Virus record (IMG/VR): IMGVR_UViG_3300025669_000103
Coordinates: 1 to 37,906 of that record
DNA from: a virus
Taxonomy: Duplodnaviria; Caudoviricetes
Reading direction: 5' to 3' (one strand)
Length of the DNA stretch: 37,906 bases
A model generated the notes under the pieces. It was given only the letters and a program-made list of their open reading frames with translations, was not told where the DNA came from and made no database searches. Shown here one piece after another: positions 35,601-37,906 of this stretch. Position 1 is the first letter of the stretch; each line of letters starts with the position of its first letter. The translations under genes were made by a program, and so were the position numbers.

Positions 35601-37906
35601 GATGTCACTATTATCCTCTAACCAACCAAGTGTGTGTGCATATGTCTCCGCTGTCTCCTGCGGCAATCCGATTATAATGTTAGGTATCATGTCTATACCC
35701 AAGCGTCTAGCCTTGGCAGTAGCTTCGTCAATCAGCTTCTCGTTAGCGGGTTTCTTGCTCGCCTTTAGGATATCATTGTTATAACTCTCGACACCGATCT
35801 CGATGAACTTAACGTGTGAGTCACGCAGCATCTGATCGTCAAGCTTACCCATCTGTGCCGCTGTAGTCTGTATTATGAAGCCCTCGAACTCAGGATTCTT
35901 TTTCTTGATACGACCATATAGGTCGGATAGCTGACTGTGGTTCTTAGCCTGCCCGAATGTCTTATCATCTACATACACTAACTGTGCATCGGCCTTAGCT
36001 ATCTCATCAGCCTGATTGTTCATGATCTCAGGTGTCATCTCAGTGACACCCTTGGGTACTATACAGAACGTACACTTGTGCAGACAACCTTTAGACATAC
36101 ACATACGCGGTATAGTTTGACTACCCTCGAAGTGACTATAATCGGTACCAGGCTTGTACGCGTGTCCGCGTGCTTCAGCCATAGCTTGTATCGTCTTATA
36201 TGTCTTGGCATTAGGTAGATCATCAAAGAACTTAAGATCTGTGTAACCACCTATGGATACGTCACCACCAAAGTCCTTGGCCAACTCTTTTATATTATCC
36301 TTGTTAACATCCAGAGCACTGAACGCTATGTGATCATAACCTGATCTGGCCATAAACTCTTTGGCCTCGGACATGTCACGTACAAAGTATACGTCAGAAT
36401 TAGGAACTGTGTGGTTAACCTCGCCCATCCATTTAGGAATCTCCCAGGTGTCACCTAGTCTACGGTAGCCAGGGCGTGTGTCATATAATTTATCATAATA
36501 TGATTTAGCTTGCGGATCTTCATCAACAGTTATAAGATCAGAAGCAAACTGAACCATGAGTGTTCGACCTTTATTACCCTTGGCATCATCTTGTCTTATC
36601 CAAGGATTGACTCCGTTACCATCTTCCTCCGCTCTGATCTTGGCTTCATTGTATACCGCTCCAGGTATTGATATACGTCCGTTGCCTACCTTAGCAGCAG
36701 TACCGCGATCTATATCCGGCATCTTGGAGATAGCATAGGCAGAGAACGGGGCATCCATAGCACCGCCGAGTATGGTACCCATTATGCCAGCGTCTATGAG
36801 CCTCTTGGCAACTTCGTTAAAGTCAACTTTACCATCATCCATCCTAGGTGTGTCACCACCAAGTACCATACCTACTAGTTCCTGTGGCAATTCTTCTGCT
36901 AGACCTTCAGACAATGCTGTTAACAGTACACGCTTGCTAAAGTACTTTGCTTTACCTAACTTAGTAACAGCACTTCTCTCTGCGGCTTTGAGATACTTAC
37001 CACCTCCACCACCTACCATCTCTATGCCACCATTTATCATACCACCGACTGTACCACGCATCCTGGCACTACGCTCATCCATGCCCTGATCAAGTGCTGT
37101 CTGATATATGTTATTACCTTCAACACCATATGCTACAAGAAAACTTGCCATAGATGCTGGTATTGTTTGCCCACCTGTTAGTGCCGCTGCACCTATACTA
37201 GCTATTAAAAACGGGCCGGTCTCTACAGCACCACCAAAATACTTATCGAAGGTGTTCTCTATCACTGGTTGCATCTCAGGTTCCTGGAGTGCTTTGTGCA
37301 TCAATCTACTCCAGTCATTTATGGTGTTTCTCATGGGTATACCAGCTATGGGCTGAGCTAATTTTGATATAGTATCAGCTAAGAACAAGCCGCCGCCCAC
37401 CACCATTATCTCACCACGCTCGAAACGTCTATAAGCTTTGCTAAGGAACTTACCTTTTTTGCTGTCTTGTTCTTCCTGCCAAGCTTTCTGATCAGTAATA
37501 GACTGACGTGCATTGGATATCTCATCAACACGCTCAACCAACCTGGCTCTAGTTCTATCACCGGCCCTAGCATTCTTAGATTCTTCAGTACCAGATCCGC
37601 TACGTATCTTACGAAGATCATCTACGTACTGATCCTTTGGTGTTAGCTCTCCCCTGTTAATGAACTTTAGCAGGTCAAGATTTATCGCCCCTGGTACTGT
37701 GGAACTTGGCCTACCGGTCTTTACAGTCTCAGCTATATCCCTTACCTGTGTACTAGCTTCTTTTACCAGTGACGGAGTGGTAGGATTAAACTTAGTTGAA
37801 AAGGTTTCGTAATCAACACTAGCATAATGCTTGGCGTGCACTGCACGTGACAGTTGATCATCTGTCTTGTCCTTGTACTGCGGATATAATTGTCTGAACT
37901 CGGTTA
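32604..37906 (-). CDS. Giant internal virion/ejection-type polyvalent protein with embedded B12-binding-type radical SAM module (start lies outside the window)
   Basis: The frame stays open to the edge (TEFRQLYPQYKDKTDDQLSRAVHAKHY, a typical N-terminal motif of phage internal proteins). Ala/Gly hydrophobic region with EGLAEELPQE; radical SAM motifs at about 35420-36570; helical C-terminal region with TQP...P.LFR...LTTFQ. Confidence 0.8.
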   Translation of the reverse strand, partial: TEFRQLYPQYKDKTDDQLSRAVHAKHYASVDYETFSTKFNPTTPSLVKEASTQVRDIAETVKTGRPSSTVPGAINLDLLKFINRGELTPKDQYVDDLRKIRSGSGTEESKNARAGDRTRARLVERVDEISNARQSITDQKAWQEEQDSKKGKFLSKAYRRFERGEIMVVGGGLFLADTISKLAQPIAGIPMRNTINDWSRLMHKALQEPEMQPVIENTFDKYFGGAVETGPFLIASIGAAALTGGQTIPASMASFLVAYGVEGNNIYQTALDQGMDERSARMRGTVGGMINGGIEMVGGGGGKYLKAAERSAVTKLGKAKYFSKRVLLTALSEGLAEELPQELVGMVLGGDTPRMDDGKVDFNEVAKRLIDAGIMGTILGGAMDAPFSAYAISKMPDIDRGTAAKVGNGRISIPGAVYNEAKIRAEEDGNGVNPWIRQDDAKGNKGRTLMVQFASDLITVDEDPQAKSYYDKLYDTRPGYRRLGDTWEIPKWMGEVNHTVPNSDVYFVRDMSEAKEFMARSGYDHIAFSALDVNKDNIKELAKDFGGDVSIGGYTDLKFFDDLPNAKTYKTIQAMAEARGHAYKPGTDYSHFEGSQTIPRMCMSKGCLHKCTFCIVPKGVTEMTPEIMNNQADEIAKADAQLVYVDDKTFGQAKNHSQLSDLYGRIKKKNPEFEGFIIQTTAAQMGKLDDQMLRDSHVKFIEIGVESYNNDILKASKKPANEKLIDEATAKARRLGIDMIPNIIIGLPQETAETYAHTLGWLEDNSDIISHINIYNLAMYKGSELAKSMGESATLDDLNENKIQKSFHKDPEIHIAAANEFYELGRNLLDTPLFRDMLPANWDNIKGEEVGLTPVMVQDVLARAEDRYRLLKNKDVSKRSRQDNRELAFLSRKRGDIEALAKDYTNPKGGLVRKVFKEPKKPKMKELLRKGHQIPEQLGWGDEQRRDLQEYITGKRTMTEMTKDERIKWVKYIEAELAATGRSYIPKQPIIPKIIERLRASIARRGIASAALKLKSGEILTGTTHANIMRAEEAKGRTITMADLDAGKSSGFLTDKGEFVSPEEAWKIGEEAGQLKLTGKDAMAKELIDKKYLIAEGIRYVRRTDEPSVAKRALDYIIESKIGGFFAELNRIERWLERLDGYQNGPLHDTIWKRVKNADELRSMMTSQGQNEFFNLIEDSGIDGSTWTGAKETIGTHELTPFEKVGVYLLSRNEHGHRYLTKGMTFSEEDISLISESLTDQELDVAAWLDTQYKEQWPVLRAAAIDVDVDPELLEQELNYSPILRIGGDEDVNFVDLLTDQFNRQSSKPDKGFLEKRKARALGKIELDAGVIYMRNIQRIETFKAMAPIAKDIGKILNHDGVKQALNVATNDRGSKILNKWLRDTIKGQTDGPQTDFEKIVAIMRRNGIIYAIGYNVPSAFRQTLSGYNAMAVDPLMRKYMPGNWAAAGSTKKYKAMKEFVDARSPLVKTRKYDRDLRRRWDASRLGKRIQGKKPWDEKAVAWIRWMDDRTVTVAWKSMYDVALEKGMDDVQASEYADKNVARTQPMANTKDLPHLFRGGQIAKLLTTFQNQVNNNYNFYRHDIIGARAAGQISNTEVAWRVMWSWIMPAIMFGMIGRGGLPTDDEGDISLGKLLVDLTTYPIASVMIAGRWITRMIKGWGSSGTVGEIAPEEAIRAFQAMKEGNVKGTIMHAAAAVGAATGRIPAQGIRTASGVMDIMAGKTQDPRRLVYTKWALEQEDKKSGGTSRRGPSTGPRSSGGPAGGPR

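Noticed and set aside
1-37906. Stop-codon reassignment, DGR/retron, or an integrated prophage
   Set aside because: Core genes are intact in the standard code with all three stops used; no reverse transcriptase, integrase or host flanking genes are visible.

Overview
This window is most of a tailed dsDNA bacteriophage genome, probably podovirus-like with a P22-type head. It has two arms that diverge from a non-coding control region at about 10.2-11.2 kb. The leftward (minus) late arm runs through small genes, an endonuclease VII, a trypsin-like protease, both terminase subunits, portal and scaffold, to the first 23 codons of the probable major capsid gene at the left edge. The minus-strand block at the right edge is probably the far end of the same structural operon: a >1760-aa internal virion/ejection-type protein followed by a holin-like ORF. 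The rightward (plus) arm holds many small early genes, including a SAM-lyase-like protein, HNH nucleases, two paralogous sigma-region-4-like HTH proteins and a RecG N-terminal fragment. It continues with a nucleotide-metabolism cluster, family A DNA polymerase, VRR-NUC, Cas4/RecB-like nuclease, AAA ATPase, SSB-like protein, a TOPRIM-D5 primase-helicase and a stand-alone LigA Ia fragment. The most striking feature is an apparently intact cobalamin-binding-type (class B-like) radical SAM module embedded in the giant virion protein. Also notable are a 35-bp promoter-like motif shared by the late arm and one HTH gene, a bidirectional ATCCACCTA iteron array, a set of isolated host-enzyme fragments, a recurring GGAGGTGACATG gene junction and dense GATC patches in the earliest genes. 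All functional calls come from reading motifs by eye; no database searches were run.
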